The notes under the pieces were generated by a model that was not told the origin of the DNA, searched no databases, and was given only the letters and a program-made list of their open reading frames with translations. Shown in pieces: positions 1 to 13,099 of a stretch of 64,000 nucleotides of DNA; the stretch's first letter is position 1; the number at the start of each line of letters is the position of its first letter. The translations under genes and the position numbers were made by a program. The stretch is from positions 18,339,190 to 18,403,189 of the forward strand of contig NC_085846.1 of assembly GCF_035594765.1 (NCBI RefSeq), written 5' to 3'. Origin of the DNA: Anolis carolinensis. Lineage: Eukaryota.

Positions 1-103
1 ATTGGAAATTCCACGAAGGAAACAATCAGGGCCAGCTAACACCTCCCAAGGAAGGATTCTTCCAGAAAGGAAGCTGACAATGAAGCAGTGTGTATTACCA
101 AAG

Positions 104-157
<54 letters not shown>

Positions 158-425
158 GTATTGTGTTGCTGTGAACCGTGAAAATGAATACAATCTGCCT
201 CCAAGTATTCAAGAACACTAAAATCAGAATATATAAAAATTACTGTGGTATAATAAAACAGAACAATACAATCTCTAAAACCAGAACACTAAATAAAGAA
301 CAACACTCTGAAAACAGGGGAATTCCACACAGTAAACAATCAGGGCCAGCTAACACCTCCCAAAAAAATTCACTCAGGGAGGAAACAGCCAGGCTTTAAA
401 GCTGCAAGACCATTACATGCTAATC
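1..425. mobile_element. Penelope-like element fragments interrupted by an (ATT)n tract
   Basis: The motif 'aaacaatcagggccagctaacacctccca' occurs twice here and again at about 34550 and 54660 in Penelope-type repeats. (ATT)n lies at about 106-158. Confidence 0.55.
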
Positions 426-454
426 TTTCCCCCTAATTACAGCATTCATTCAGG

Positions 455-680
455 TTTGAATTGGGGGAGCGGACAGAGCCCCCACTGTTAGCCACAGCTT
501 CTGCCAACCCTAAAGTTCAAAAACATGCAAATGAGAGTAGATGAATAGGTACTGCTCCGGCGGGAAGGTAACGGCGCTCCATGCAGTCATGCCACATGAC
601 CTAGGAGGAATCTACGGACAACCCCCAGAGTCAGACACGACTGGACTTAATGTCAGGGGAAAACCTTTACCCTTTACCTT
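455..680 (+). mobile_element. Sauria SINE, 3' portion
   Basis: Body 'aaaacatgcaaatg...gtaacggcgctccatgcagtcatg' and an (ACCTTT)-like tail, matching other copies in the window. Confidence 0.8.
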
Positions 681-760
681 AACTACCACCAATTCCTCAG
701 TACTTCATTTCCCAAACCACCATACTTCACCACAGCAACGCATGGCCGGGCACAGCTAGT
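681..760 (+). mobile_element. Helitron 3' terminus
   Basis: 'cacagcaacgcatggccgggcacagCTAG|t': GC-rich subterminal hairpin followed by CTAG. Nearly identical to the end of the element at 27017. Confidence 0.6.
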
Positions 761-1506
761 ATTAATATATGATACAATAAAAATATTATTGACATTAATA
801 TAAATTATAATTATATAATATAAATTATAATTAAGTATTTGTAACTACCCAAGCAGGATGCGAGGTAAATAAATGCCTGTGTCAAGATGAACTCGAGAAA
901 GAAAATTCAGTCAGAGTACACACACAACTCACGAATCATGTGCACACTTGAATATGAATGGGTGTGGTTGCATCTATTACGAATCTTCATCGTTCAATAC
1001 ATCATATGTTGAAACGGACATAATTAATGCACTTGTGTGAAATGTTTTCTTAATTTGGTGGACCATCATTCTTAACTCATCATTTTTCTTGCCACTCCTG
1101 TCTCGTAAATCTTCAGTTAACAGTTGATTTAATGGTAGATTTAAATGAATAAATGTAAATTGCTGTACATGAAAAAAAAATAAGACATCTCCTGAAAATA
1201 AGCCCTAATGTTTCTTTTGGAGTACAAGTTAATATAAAACCTGATTTTATTTTTGGGAAGACAAGGTAGTACAATTCCTAGAATTTCCCAAGCAAAAAGT
1301 AGTTCTTTCAGGCTCTGGATATGTCAGTTCTGTCAGGAACAGTAGGTCCTAATGGTGCTGCTGGTATCTGTATTCTTCCTTAATAATATTGTCTTTTCTT
1401 TGAATCAGTAGAGGATTCCTGTCTTCTCAAAGTCCTAATGGCTACAACATATTCTCACGTTGTCTTTTTTCTTCTTTTTGTTTGCTATCCCTCCTTTAAT
1501 TGGCAG

Positions 1507-4500
1507 TCGCAGTTTTGTGCTGTCATCATTAGGTTTCACAGCAGTGGCCTTTGTAACCGGGTCCCTCGCTCTGTGGGCCCCAGCGTTCCTGTACCGATCA
1601 TGCCTGGCCAATGGAAGCCACCAGTCTTGCTCCTCCGACTCTGACAGGTGGGTTAGCAGCAGGGAATGACATCCGGTCAAGACTTCCACCTCTGATCTCA
1701 CTTGGGATCTGGGTAAATAGTGAAGTTTCCAATACCCCTCTTTCTTGTCACTGAACATTTGTGTCATGGCAACTAAACAGCTGACCTGTAAATTGGGAGA
1801 TTTGTGAATCTTGCCACAAATTTATTAATGGTGTCAGGTCTGCCACTATCTTTTCGTTTCAGTGCCTTATCTGTGAACTGGAGATAATAACGGGGAACTC
1901 CTGTATGTGTCTTGTAATTCTCTCCCCCTATCCAATATTTTTAATTAAAATTCTTGACAGTAAAAACACACACACACACACACAAAGAAAAGCAACAATG
2001 CTTGTAAGTACATGAACATAGACATATTTAGACAACAATTACTTAACAAACATACATCTCTCCCTATAACTCTATAACTCCTATAATTAGTTTTAAAAGT
2101 AGATTTCCAGCCTTGGTCAGGTTCTCTATAAATTTAACATTTTTTCTTCCACTTCATATCCAGCAAATCTCTTACTTCTGTTTATTTTAATACTTACAAA
2201 TGAATATACCAACATTTTATGTCTCTAGACCTGTATATGAAGTCTTTCTCTTCAATATGTATTGATACCTATATGTGTCTTGTAATCTGCATGTGAATTA
2301 CTCTGAACTCTCTGCCTAAAATCATTGTATGAGTATCTCTTCTAACTTTATCTGCAGCTTCACCTTTGGCATCATCACGTGTGTGACTGGTGTGCTGGGT
2401 GTTACTTTGGGGGTGGAGATTTCTCGGCGCTGGCAGCGCACCAACCCCCGTGCAGACCCTCTGGTGTGTGCCACTGGACTCCTTGGCTCCGCCCCCTTCT
2501 TGTTCCTGGCAGTTGTGTGCGCTCAGCACAGCATTGTCGCTACTTATGTGAGTTTACTTTTCTCACCAACTTTCACTACAGATTTGGTGCAGTCATTATG
2601 TGTGGTCAAGCCTTCTTGTTGCCTTTGGTGACATAACTAGACTGTTGGGGTGCCGTAATTAAGCAAGTGGAACTGAGTGTGCAGGATTGGATGCAAATTT
2701 CTACCAAGTTATAAACGTCACTGGGTAACCTTGGTCCCAGCCACACACTCTTCGCCAGAGCTGTCTCACAGAGTTGTTGGATGAATAAAGTGAAGAGAGC
2801 CAATTCTGTTACATTAAGTTCATTGTAGGATAGACGGTGTCCAAATATAATCAAATAAAAGCAAAGGGCTTTGGGATATTTTACTCAAAAACATAGACAT
2901 TTTAAACTGTCCTCTTCCTTTTCTCTTTTGAAGGTATTTATTTTTATCGGTGAAACTCTCCTTTCTCTGAACTGGGCCATAGTAGCAGACATCCTCCTGG
3001 TAAGAATTGTGGGGAAGGGGAAACAATCTATAGTAGTGTGCAATGATTTGTTGTATTACTTGTTAGAGCTGCAGGTTTTGATGTAAGCCTGCCTCACCAT
3101 AGGCCATGCCTCTTCAACCATTGGGCCTACAACTCCCAAAAGCCTGATAGCTTGTTCAATGGTTAGCAATTCTGAGGGTTGGAGTCTCAAACAGCTGTCC
3201 TGAGTTGTTGTTGTTGTTGTTGTTATTGCTGTTGTTGTTGTTGTTACCATTCTTGGTGGCACTTTATCATGCACTATGCCAGCCTAGCAGTGCTACCATA
3301 TCTTATACAGTGTTCCCTCACTACTTCACAGTTCACTTTTCGCGGATTCGCTGTTTCGCGGTTTTTCAATAAACTCTAAAAGCCTATTATAAATCATAAA
3401 AAATTACAATTTACAGCTTAAGGAAGGGAGGAAGGAGAAGCCGAAGGGAGAGAAAAGGAGCCCAAGTGGCAACGGGAGGAGGAGGCAATTTATCAACACA
3501 CGATTGGTTGATAAAGACTTAAAATAGTGTATAAGTACTAAAATAATGTATAAATTTTAAAATAAATATAGTTTCCCTACTTCGCGGATTTTCACTTATT
3601 ACCGGTGGTCCTGGAACCTAGCCCCAGCGATAAGTGAAGGAACACTGTACAGTGTTTTAGCCAGTGTAATCTCAGGCACATAGTATTTTGTAAAATACTT
3701 CATATGTAACTGTAACTGTACGTATATGTGGAAAAATATATGGGTTGTGGGTATAGATAGAAAAGCAGGATCAGGGGAGCTACTAAGGGGAAAGATACAC
3801 TTTTTGACTCTGTATCAACTTGTGAAGCCACATGGGGACCTGTGCACTTCCCACTAGAGGGTGCCAGTAAACTGTCTGAATTCTTTCTTGTAGTATGTTG
3901 TCATTCCCACACGACGATCTACAGCAGAAGCTTTTCAGATCCTGATGTCCCATCTCCTTGGTGATGCTGGCAGCCCTTATCTCATTGGATTGGTGAGTTC
4001 TTGTGGAATTTCTTTTCCCATCAATTCCACCCCATAAAAATCTCCCCTCCCATCCATTTCTATATGGGTACAGATGAAATTTTTACTCTACTCTTATTTT
4101 TAACTTTGAATATGTTTTTAGTAGGTTTTAACTGTGGTTTTTTAAGTGTTGTTTGTGTTGAATTCTGTTCTAATGTTTGTAATTTTAAATTGTATACTAA
4201 TGCTTTTATGCCAAGCTGCTTTGAGTCCCCTATAGGGAGATAAAGTGGGGTATATATATAATAATAATAATAATAATTCATGATTTAATAGGAAATGTGT
4301 CATTTGATTGTTGCTTTGAATTTGTATTCTGATTTTAATTTTTTTAATGAAATTCTACTGTGCGTTTTGGAGTTTCTTTAACAAAAAATCTCTGTATAGT
4401 CTTTGGAAAGTGATTACATTTATAAATAGGCATGTGATCGTGTCCCTTTTTCAACCTACAGATAATTCAGTAATCATACATCCAGGAGCATTATTCCAAT

Positions 4501-6608
4501 ACAGATAATTCAGTAATTATTAATCCAAGAGCATTGTTCTAATGTGTGCAAAAAGGGAAGTGGGCAATACAAATCACTCACCCATTGTTCCAGTTTGGGA
4601 TTCTTTTTTCCATTGGTTCTGCTTCTTTGTGTACTTTTTGTATGCAGTTTTCATGACCTTCTGCTTAATTTGTGCCCCAGATCAGTGACCGAATCCAGCG
4701 TGATCGCCCCTTGTCATACCTGTCGAAGTTTCGAAGCCTTGAATATGCCCTTATGGTCTGTGCATTTGTTGGAGTTATTGGAGGAGGCTTCTTCCTAGCA
4801 ACAGCTTGCTTTGTCCAGGCAGACCGAAAACGTACAGAGCTTTTTGCACAAGGTAAACTCACTCCCCTCCTATTTTCATGGAGTGGAGTGCATAATGTGG
4901 GCCCCAATAACACAATGGGGCCTTTGTGGTGAACATGGGAATGTCTCTAGTATCTAGAAGCCTTTCCTACTGTTTACAGTGGAATAATGGAACTTACTTA
5001 GGCAAGGAAATGAGGAGTCACCTGTGTTATAACAACATATTTCGATCATGGATAATAATTGGCACGAAATTCCAAACTCTGGTAGCATCTTTAACTAGAA
5101 GACCTCACATCTATCATTTTGACCAAAACTTTCTCAGAACTTTTTATCCCATTCAGGTGATGTGAGTAATGGATCTCCTTATACCTACAAGTTCATCTCA
5201 TCTCTTCCTGTTGTGGTTTGAGAAGCAGATATTGTAGCAAGTTCTGGGTTACATGAGTGGCAACTGACTTAAAAAACATAATAAATAAAGGCCAGGTCCC
5301 TACTGTTAGTGTTTGCATCCACACAGCACATGAACACTTAACTGCATACAGTTTATATAGGCCTGTTCCCAGAAGCAACTTGTCTCATTCTTGGGTGAGT
5401 TGCTTCTTACAATATGTAATTAAACAATAATAAATAGACCTCTACCCTTCGCCTATTTCCAATTTCGGTGTCTTCCCGTTGTTTCTACCCTGTTTCCCCT
5501 AAAATAAGACATCCCCAGAAAATAAGACCTAGTAGAGATTTTGCTGAATTACTAAATATAAGGCCTCCCCCAAAAGTAAGACCTAACAAAATTTTTGTTT
5601 GGAAGCATGCCTGCCAAACAGAACACTAGAACATGCAGGATTGGTAAATGTACGTAATAGGGTGTTGTACATGGAAATAATGGTAGTAACAAGAAATTCT
5701 TGATAGGACTCACAGTTTGTGTGGTTTGTGATGACAACTACTTTACAGTATATAAGAAATTTTCATTTTTTTGTTCACAAATAAATGTGAATTCTTCTTC
5801 ATAGAAAAATAAGACATCCCCTGAAAATAAGACCTAGCGCATCTTTGGGAGCAAAAATTAATATAAGACACTGTCTTATTTTCGGGGAAACACAGTATTG
5901 CTAGAATTATGGCCAGTGGCTAACTAAGGTCATCAGAAGGAATGATAAAAGACCCAAGAGTCTGGTTTTAACACCTTTTTTTCTCCTTATCCATTGATCG
6001 AAGTATGATGCACTCTTTTTATCACTCTCGGATGCTTGACTATGTTGGTTAATTTTAAAAAGCAAAAAGCATTTTAAAAATTAAAGCAGCAGCAACAGCA
6101 GCAGTTTTTGCAGATCAAAGCGTTTTGAGCAGAGCAGTAGAGTGAATGAGCTTCAGCAATTACAGGAGCAGAGTCAAGCTTTAAAAGTTTGAAAGAACTA
6201 CATTTCTATATAGGAAAATTAGGGCCTAGATATCTTAACTATTTCTCTGGAGACTTCTTATCTCTCTCAATGCTCACAGGAGAACAGAAATGGAGGGCTT
6301 AGGGGTTTGCTATGTGGCTAGATACTTTGAATAAACAGAGGCATGTCTATGAGAAGTATCAGTCTAACAAACATGAAATAAAAGGAGAGAACAGAGAGAG
6401 AGGGGCAGACAAGGAAGACATCTGCCTATTTTTATAAGGACTATAAGCTTGTGCAGGATGTGGTTGGGTTCCAGCAGAATACGGGTTGTCACCTCCTCTT
6501 CTTTTCCTTCCAGGGCAGTTACAAGAGTCATCAGAACGTGAAGATCGCATTGTTGTCCCCCAGCGTGGCCGATCAACCAAAGTCCCTGTCTCCAGCGTCC
6601 TGATCTGA
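1507..6608 (+). CDS. SPNS1: Spinster homolog 1 (lysosomal MFS lysophospholipid transporter), last six coding exons; 5' part lies outside the window
   Basis: Exons 1507-1647, 2358-2547, 2934-2999, 3894-3992, 4681-4852, 6514-6608 (TGA), all AG/GT and phase-consistent. Peptides [70 protein letters not shown] and the C-terminus [21 protein letters not shown] match SPNS1 as recalled. Confidence 0.96.
3307..3650. mobile_element. Tc1/mariner (Tigger-like) non-autonomous DNA transposon
   Basis: Inverted termini ta-cagtgttccctcact ... agtgaaggaacactg-ta with TA flanks. Confidence 0.7.
4458..4542. repeat. Tandem duplication of a ~42-bp unit
   Basis: 'tacagataattcagtaat...atcca.gagcatt.ttc.aa' occurs twice in tandem. 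Confidence 0.7.
5486..5897. mobile_element. Tc1/mariner-type MITE
   Basis: Termini ta-ccctgtttcccctaaaataagaca ... tgtcttattttcggggaaacacag-ta, with internal 'aaaataagac' repeats. A related fragment lies at about 1175-1270. Confidence 0.7.
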
Positions 6609-7380
6609 GTCCCACTGACCTGCACCATGTCTCTCTACTTGTGGATGGAGAAGGAGACTGGACTCATGGCTTCCACATTCACAAAAAATGGGGAGATAAG
6701 GACTCTCTGAAAGGACCCAGGAGGGTGGTCTTTGTGAATAGCAAGGGAAAGCCAACTTTTTTGTTGTTGTATTTGGGATTTTTTTTATAAAGCACAAACT
6801 TTATCCTGAGTCATGTTGTATTTTTCAGGTGGAGGGGGTGAGGTGGTGAAATTCACAGTCATTATTTCAATTTCATTCATTTCCCCTCACATTTTGACCC
6901 CTCTCTTTCAGACATGTTTCAATGTTTTTGAATGCATTTGTAAACTTGGTTGGCTTGAGGAATAGGACAGGGAGGTGAGACAATCTGTCTGCTGGATGAA
7001 GGATGGTGTTTTGGTGCCTGCAATTCATTACTGCCTATTGAGTGAAGAGACACCGGTGTGATTATTAGCAAGTTGCAATGTTTGAAGAAATTTTGGATGG
7101 CCCTGCATTCATCTGGCCTTTTTCTATCCTTAACTGGCACAATTTACTTGTTTGACTAATCTATTGAAGTTTTCTGTGCCACAGCAACCTGGATATGATG
7201 TGACTTAATCCCTTCCATTTTCAGCCTGGGGTGCCGGAGAATGCAGATTACATAGTGGCATTCCTAGAATAGGATCTGGAAAACATTTCTTTTTGCTTTT
7301 TCCTGCAATTGACTGAATATTTGAATATTTAAAAAGATAGATACGCTTTTATTGTTAACATAAAATTACACATTCTAGTG

Positions 7381-7500
7381 CAGGCATGGGCAAACATGGG
7401 CCCTCCAGGTGTTTTGGACTTCAACTCCCACAATTCCTAACAGCTGGTAGGGGGAGTTAAAGTCCAAAATACCTGGAGGGCCCAAGTTTGCCCAGGCCTG
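7381..7500. mobile_element. Palindromic hAT-type MITE in the SPNS1 3' UTR
   Basis: CAGGCATGGGCAAAC...GTTTGCCCAGGCCTG with near-identical 8-bp flanks ttctagtg / ttctagag. Confidence 0.8.
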
Positions 7501-8998
7501 TTCTAGAGACCATTGTGTCAAGTGAAAATGAACTGATAGTGAGGTTGATCACTATTTTTGTAAAGTCAAATATTCAGACAGGTACAGCGAATGTAGCTGT
7601 GAATTGGGTGGTGGCTGCTTTTATAGATGATAATGATCATTTGTCCATGTGGGATAAGAATAATGCAACTCCCAACAACCCTAGCTAACATGGACAATGG
7701 CAAGTAGTGCTGGAAACTACAGTTCAACATCTGGAGAACTGCCCCATCCTTACTCCTGCTCTGTACCATTAAAATGGAGAGGAGAGTTTTCCATTGCCTT
7801 TTGTACTATGTGGCCTTTTAATGCCAAAACTATTTTTCTCTCTACCTATGAGCATGTGATTGTATGTGAGAGATGAGAAAATTGAAGACGTTATTTTATA
7901 CACCCAAGGAAGTTAGACTGTGGCCCCTTCAAAATTTATGCTACAATATTTTTGAGACTTTGGCTAGAATAACTTGTACTTTTCCCTTTTACAGACAAGA
8001 TGATTTTGCCTTAAATTAGGAAATTAAATTGGTGTCCCTAGGTTCAGTCCACTTACATTTCCAACTCTGTTTCTGAGGTCAGTTGAAGTTTTGCGTTTTA
8101 GTCTTTCCCTGCACTAGAAGAAGCAAAAAGCATTGTCTTACGGGGGAATGCAGGCCAGTTAGTTGAGAGTTACTCGCTCAAGTTCAAATTAATTTCATAT
8201 TTAACTTAGAACTTCGTTTCAATATTTATTTTATTTCTTAATAACCTAAGCACAAAACCACTCTTCTTTTGCAAGAGAGAGACTGTGTAGCTGCTGTTCA
8301 AAGTTTAGTTTGATAGCTGAGGAAGTCTGCCTATTACTCTATTATAAATGAACATAGATCTGTGTGGCTTACTGATTTATGCAAAAAAAGAAGAGAGAGG
8401 TGCCAAGGAGGAGGTGTAACTGCACCTACTAATGGACTAGAGGACCCCCCTCCCCCCATGGGCTCAGTGTTGAAATGGAAAGATAATGATTTTTGTTTTA
8501 CAATGTCTGCATTTACAAGCCCAGCCTGTTTCTCAGCAGCAGCATGAGAAGGGAAGGTGGGGCCGAGTATTTCACTATAACAACGTGTGACTTTGATTGC
8601 TTAGCACCTCTGTGCACTGAAAAGGCTTACTTGCAAAACTTGGCAGAACTGTTAAAAGCTTTTCCTGGGCTAAAACCACGTTTTATGAGAAGTGCAGAGG
8701 GTGCATATTTGAAGAACTCACGTGTGTGGGGAAACAGCTGATCAAGAGAAGAGTGAGCCAAAATGGACTGTGGATGGCTATCACTAGCATAACAAATGCG
8801 GAGGTTTTTTATGACTTGATACTACTGAACATGTAAACCAGGAGTGGGTGGCCTGGAGGTTTATTTGTCATATTAAACTTCCCCACAATATCATACAGCT
8901 TTTATAAAGCTTTATTCCTGTGTAAAAAAGTTTTAAATACCTCTCTGGGTACTGGCAGTAAATGTTTCAAATATCTCTCCTAAGACTTGTATAGAAGT

Positions 8999-9004
8999 AA
9001 TAAA
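8999..9004 (+). promoter_or_regulatory. Probable SPNS1 polyadenylation signal (about 2.4-kb 3' UTR)
   Basis: AATAAA followed by T/GT-rich sequence at the end of a repeat-poor UTR-like stretch. Confidence 0.55.
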
Positions 9005-9067
9005 CATTTTACCTAATATACAATGGTATTTTTAATCTGGTCCTTTGGTTTCATCTGCTGCAGAAAT

Positions 9068-9297
9068 TTATTATTTATTTATTTACATCATTTATATTCC
9101 GCCCTTCTAACCCCGAAGGGGACTCAGGGCGGATCACATTACACATATAGGCAAACATTCAATGCCTTTTAACATAGGACAAAGACAAACAACATAGCTC
9201 CGAGCGGGCCTCGAACTCATGACCTCCTGGTCAGAGTGATTGATTGCAGTTAATTGCAGCTGGTTTGCTGGTTTGCTCTCCCGTCTGCGCCACACGG
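9068..9297 (-). mobile_element. tRNA-derived SINE with L2-type 3' tail (Anolis SINE2-like)
   Basis: Reverse of 'gtgatccgccctgagtccccttcgggg...gggcggaatataaat(aaat)n'. Same family as 33112 and 54809. Confidence 0.7.
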
Positions 9298-9734
9298 AAA
9301 TGTGGCCCTCAAGAAAGTCTTTTGAGTAGAATTTGGTTGTCGGGCAAAGAGACATTTCTTCCATCTCACTGGTATAAGCCCCTGTTCTTATGTCCATGCC
9401 TTGACAAGATACTTCTTTTATATGAATGGAAATCTTTGATTGTTGGTATCTATATCCTCTAAGACATAATGCTAATGCTGTCTGTGTTGGTCTTCCTAAA
9501 TTGCTGTTAGTCAGCTAAAGTGAATAGAGGTGTCATTTTCTATTTACATTTTCTTGGTTTCGTTTGTACTACAAACTTAACAGAATTAGCGGATTTGACA
9601 ATTGTGATAAGAATTTGAGAGTACAAAAATCAGATGTGGGGCAAAGGTGAGAGATCTATTGAGCTTGATGAATTTGACCAGTGAAGATGGCTGGGAATTT
9701 TACTGTGTTTATAACAGTACCAACAAGTATTTTC

Positions 9735-9955
9735 ATAAATTCCATCTGAGCATTAGGATGAACCTCCTAACTGTGAGAACTGTTCAGCAGTGGAACTCTC
9801 TGCCCCAGAGTGTGGTGGGGGCTCCTTCTTTGGAGGCTTTTAAATAGAGGCTAGATGGCCATCTGTCGGGGGTGCTTTGAAAGCAATGTTCCTGCTTCTT
9901 GGCAGGGGGTTGGACTGGATGGCCCATGAGATCTCTTCCAAGTCTATGATTCTAG
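9735..9955 (+). mobile_element. CR1 LINE 3' end
   Basis: Typical CR1 tail 'cagcagtggaactctctgcc...ggggttggactggatggccc...ttccaa.tctatgattcta'. Confidence 0.75.
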
Positions 9956-10030
9956 GAAATCTCATGGAGAAAGCAAATATGAGAGGAAGCAAAATGGTCA
10001 GATTGGTTACTCCCCTTTGCTCACGTAAGA

Positions 10031-10285
10031 GGGGCTGCAGTGGTGCAATGGGTTAAATACTTGTGCTGGGTGAACTGTTGACCTGAAGGTTGAAGGTTTG
10101 AATCTGTGAGATGTGGTGAGCTCCCGTCTGTCAGCCCTAGCTTCCCATGTGGGAACATGAGAGAAGCTCCCAGCAGGATGGTAAAACATCTGAGCATCCC
10201 CTGAGCAATAGCTCTGTAGACGGCCAATTCTCTCACACCAGAAGTGGCTTGTCTAAATTTGCTTCTGATACGATAAAAAAACAAA
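10031..10285 (+). mobile_element. tRNA-derived SINE with a Vingi-like 3' tail
   Basis: A/B-box-like head and the end 'gcttctgatacgataaaa', shared with the Vingi 3' end at about 51550. Other copies at 28098-28360 and 62056-62295 (-). Confidence 0.6.
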
Positions 10286-11189
10286 AAACGTCCGGGTCAA
10301 GACCTTGCCTGCAAATCAGTTATTTGTGCCTAGGGTCTATCATCCCAGCACATTCAGAGAATTGTCAGACTAGAATGGAACATATGACAGTTTGGAAAAT
10401 GTGGAGTAGTGAGACTTATAGAAAGAGGCTCAGAGGTGCACCAAACACTATTGATGGAACTAATGTCATCCATTAACAGGTTACCTGAAGAAGCAGTAGA
10501 GCTGTGCTTCTGGTTCTTTTAAGCTTTGCAAACAATTCTACTCAAGCATCTAGTCCCCAGGATTTCTTTTAAAACTGTTCTGTAGATAAAATAATCTGAA
10601 GTAGGATTTCAAAGAGTGAGCTGTATTAATCTGTTTAAGTGGAAGAGGGGATTCGAATGTAGCAGAACCTTTGAAACCTAACCAATTCATTTGAATTGAG
10701 TTTTCATGGATTTTGATCCATTTCTTCCTCCGGTGTGCCCAAAGAAGTCGATTGAATTCCATAAAAATGTATGCTTGAAGAAATAAGTTTGAAAAGTGTT
10801 GCAAGATTCTCGCCCTCCTTGGCCCTTTTTAATTCCCCCCCCCCCTTTTCAAGTCTGTAAGATAGAAATAAACCCTTGTCTTCTTGTACTGAGGCATTTC
10901 AACCCAATCCTGACATAATGATTACTTACAGGTCCTGAGTCAATCCAAGGAGGCCTTGAGCACAAGTGTATTCATTATGTCTGACTTGGCAAAGTTCAGG
11001 ACCCTCTTGGAAATGGAGAGGGATCTGGCATGGAGCAATGAAGAAAGTCAGAAACATCCTCAGAGGGCCACTTGAGGCTTGGACATTATTCACCCAGATC
11101 ATGAATGCGAATAATGTTCAACATGGTGTGCCTGCACCCTGTTTCTTCTCTTTCTCCCACTTTATGTCATGGTTTAGCGCACCTGCCCT

Positions 11190-11317
11190 TTGACTTCCTG
11201 CTGGCGGCTGTGGTGTTTCCTTCCTGCCCAAGCAATTCAAGAGCAGCCGCCGCATCTGCCACAGCAGCAGAGACTTCCTCCAGACATGGAACTGGGAAGA
11301 GAACTCCAGATGTGAGT
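11190..11317 (+). promoter_or_regulatory. Putative LAT promoter and first (5' UTR) exon with clustered ETS and RUNX sites
   Basis: ACTTCCTG 11193-11200, TGTGGT 11209-11214, TTCCTTCCTG 11217-11226, then a strong donor T|GTGAGT at 11311/11312. Confidence 0.55.
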
Positions 11318-12705
11318 CTATACAGAATTGGGGAAAGCAGGGGAGACTGGGAGGAAAGAAATTGCAAGGGGTGAAGTTATGGCCTGGCAGGGTTTATCTC
11401 CATAAGTTGTCATACTTGGGTCTTTTGGGAAGAAAAGAAACTAGACCTAGAAATTGTACTCAACTGTGTGACTTGGGGGGGGGGGGTGGCCAAGGATTAG
11501 ATAAGAGAAATGAATGGTAGAAGTGGCTGATGAAAAGAAAATTGTGGGGCAGCTTGAGAATATTTCTTTTAAATGCTGTTGTAATGTATATTTTTACAAA
11601 TACACTTTTTGCTGCTACGCAGGCTGCTCTCCCCTTCCCTTTGGTTGCCTCCTCCACCCCTAATATTGATGCAATCTCTCTTTTTTTCCTGTGGTTATTG
11701 CTTTCTACTGCTCTCAGATTCCCCATCTCTTATACTGAGTTGAGCAAAAATGAAAGGCAGTGATCATTTTTTTTAAAAAAAATCCCAACTAATTTTTGGA
11801 AGAGAACAGAGTAAATGTGATCCGTTCATGCAATTATCCTCTTCAAAACCAAGCCTAGGTAGGTGTATACATGGCTTTTCTCCACACACTCATTTTTTTA
11901 AAAGGTTTGCTCCCGTTCTTTTTAACAAACTCCCACTTTCTGTCCTGCAACGGAACCTGTGGTTTGTGGTCAATCTGGCCGATTGCCAGGGCTCCATTCA
12001 AGCAGAGTGTATTTGTATGTGTGAAGTAAGGCATTGTATAGAAAAGCCCAAGTGGGCAATACCTATCCTTTTCTTGGTGCACACACAGAGAAACATGTAC
12101 TGCTTTGTACTGAGAGGTTGCCTCAGCACCATTCCCTGCCCCCATCCCTCAAAAAACCGGGTTGTGCAAAGTTGCAGCTGCACATTCCCTCCCACGGCAC
12201 CCACAACACAGAGCAAACCTCGTTTGTCGGTACCCAAATCCGGCTGTGGGTCGCTATTGCTAGCATGAGTCACTCTGCTCCCTCCTCTGTTCCCACACTC
12301 TCTTCTTTGGGGGTGATGAGGAGGGGGGCACCAAGAACCCTCCAGATAATTTTTGAGTTCTGGGCCTCAAAGTATTCAAAAGTTGTTTTTTCACTGTGTG
12401 GGAAGTGGAGTAGCAAACAATATATGGCACATTTCTGGAGGTTTCTATCTGCAAGTGTAGTAACCACTCATATATGGATCCATAACTCATTGATGAAGTT
12501 TGTACTTTGCCTGTAGAAATTCAGTCCCCAGCATCTTCTGTTACAAATATTAGACAGCAGGTCTAATTATGGGGTTTGCTATTATTATTGTCATCCTCCT
12601 CCTCATCATTGTAACCTATCTTGACATTTTCCCAGTTTAAGATTCAAACTAGCTTACAACAAAATTAAACCATATTGCTAAACAACATAATGATACAAAA
12701 ATGAA

Positions 12706-13030
12706 AGTAAAGGTAAAAGTTTCCCCTTGACATTAAGTCTAGTCGAGTCTGACTCTGGGGGGTGGTACTCATCCCCATTTCTAAGCCGAAAAGCCGGCGT
12801 TGTGCGTAGACACCTCCAAGGTCATGTGGCTGATGTGACTGCATGGAATGCCATTACCTTCCTACCGAAGCGGTACTTATTGATCTACTCACATTTGCAT
12901 GTTTTCGAACTGCTAGGTTGGCAGAAGCTGGGGCTAACAACAGGAGCTTATCCCATCCACGGATTTGAACCACTGGCCTTTCCATCTGCAAGTCCTGCAG
13001 CTTAGCAGTTTAACCTGCTGCACCCCCGCA
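12706..13030 (-). mobile_element. Sauria SINE
   Basis: Reverse-complement full body with a (GGTAAA) tail. Confidence 0.85.
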
Positions 13031-13099
13031 GCCCCATCTACTGCGCCATCGCAGCCCCATCAAAAGTGAAAATGTGATTTAAAAAATTACATCGAATTA

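Noticed and set aside
36-218. ORFs with poly-Ile/Leu/Asn tracts (also at 14024-14284 and 50173-50924)
   Set aside because: Translations of (ATT)n microsatellites, not proteins.
11828-12516. Overlapping 146- and 160-aa ORFs
   Set aside because: No recognisable domain or splice context; they lie in the putative first intron of LAT.
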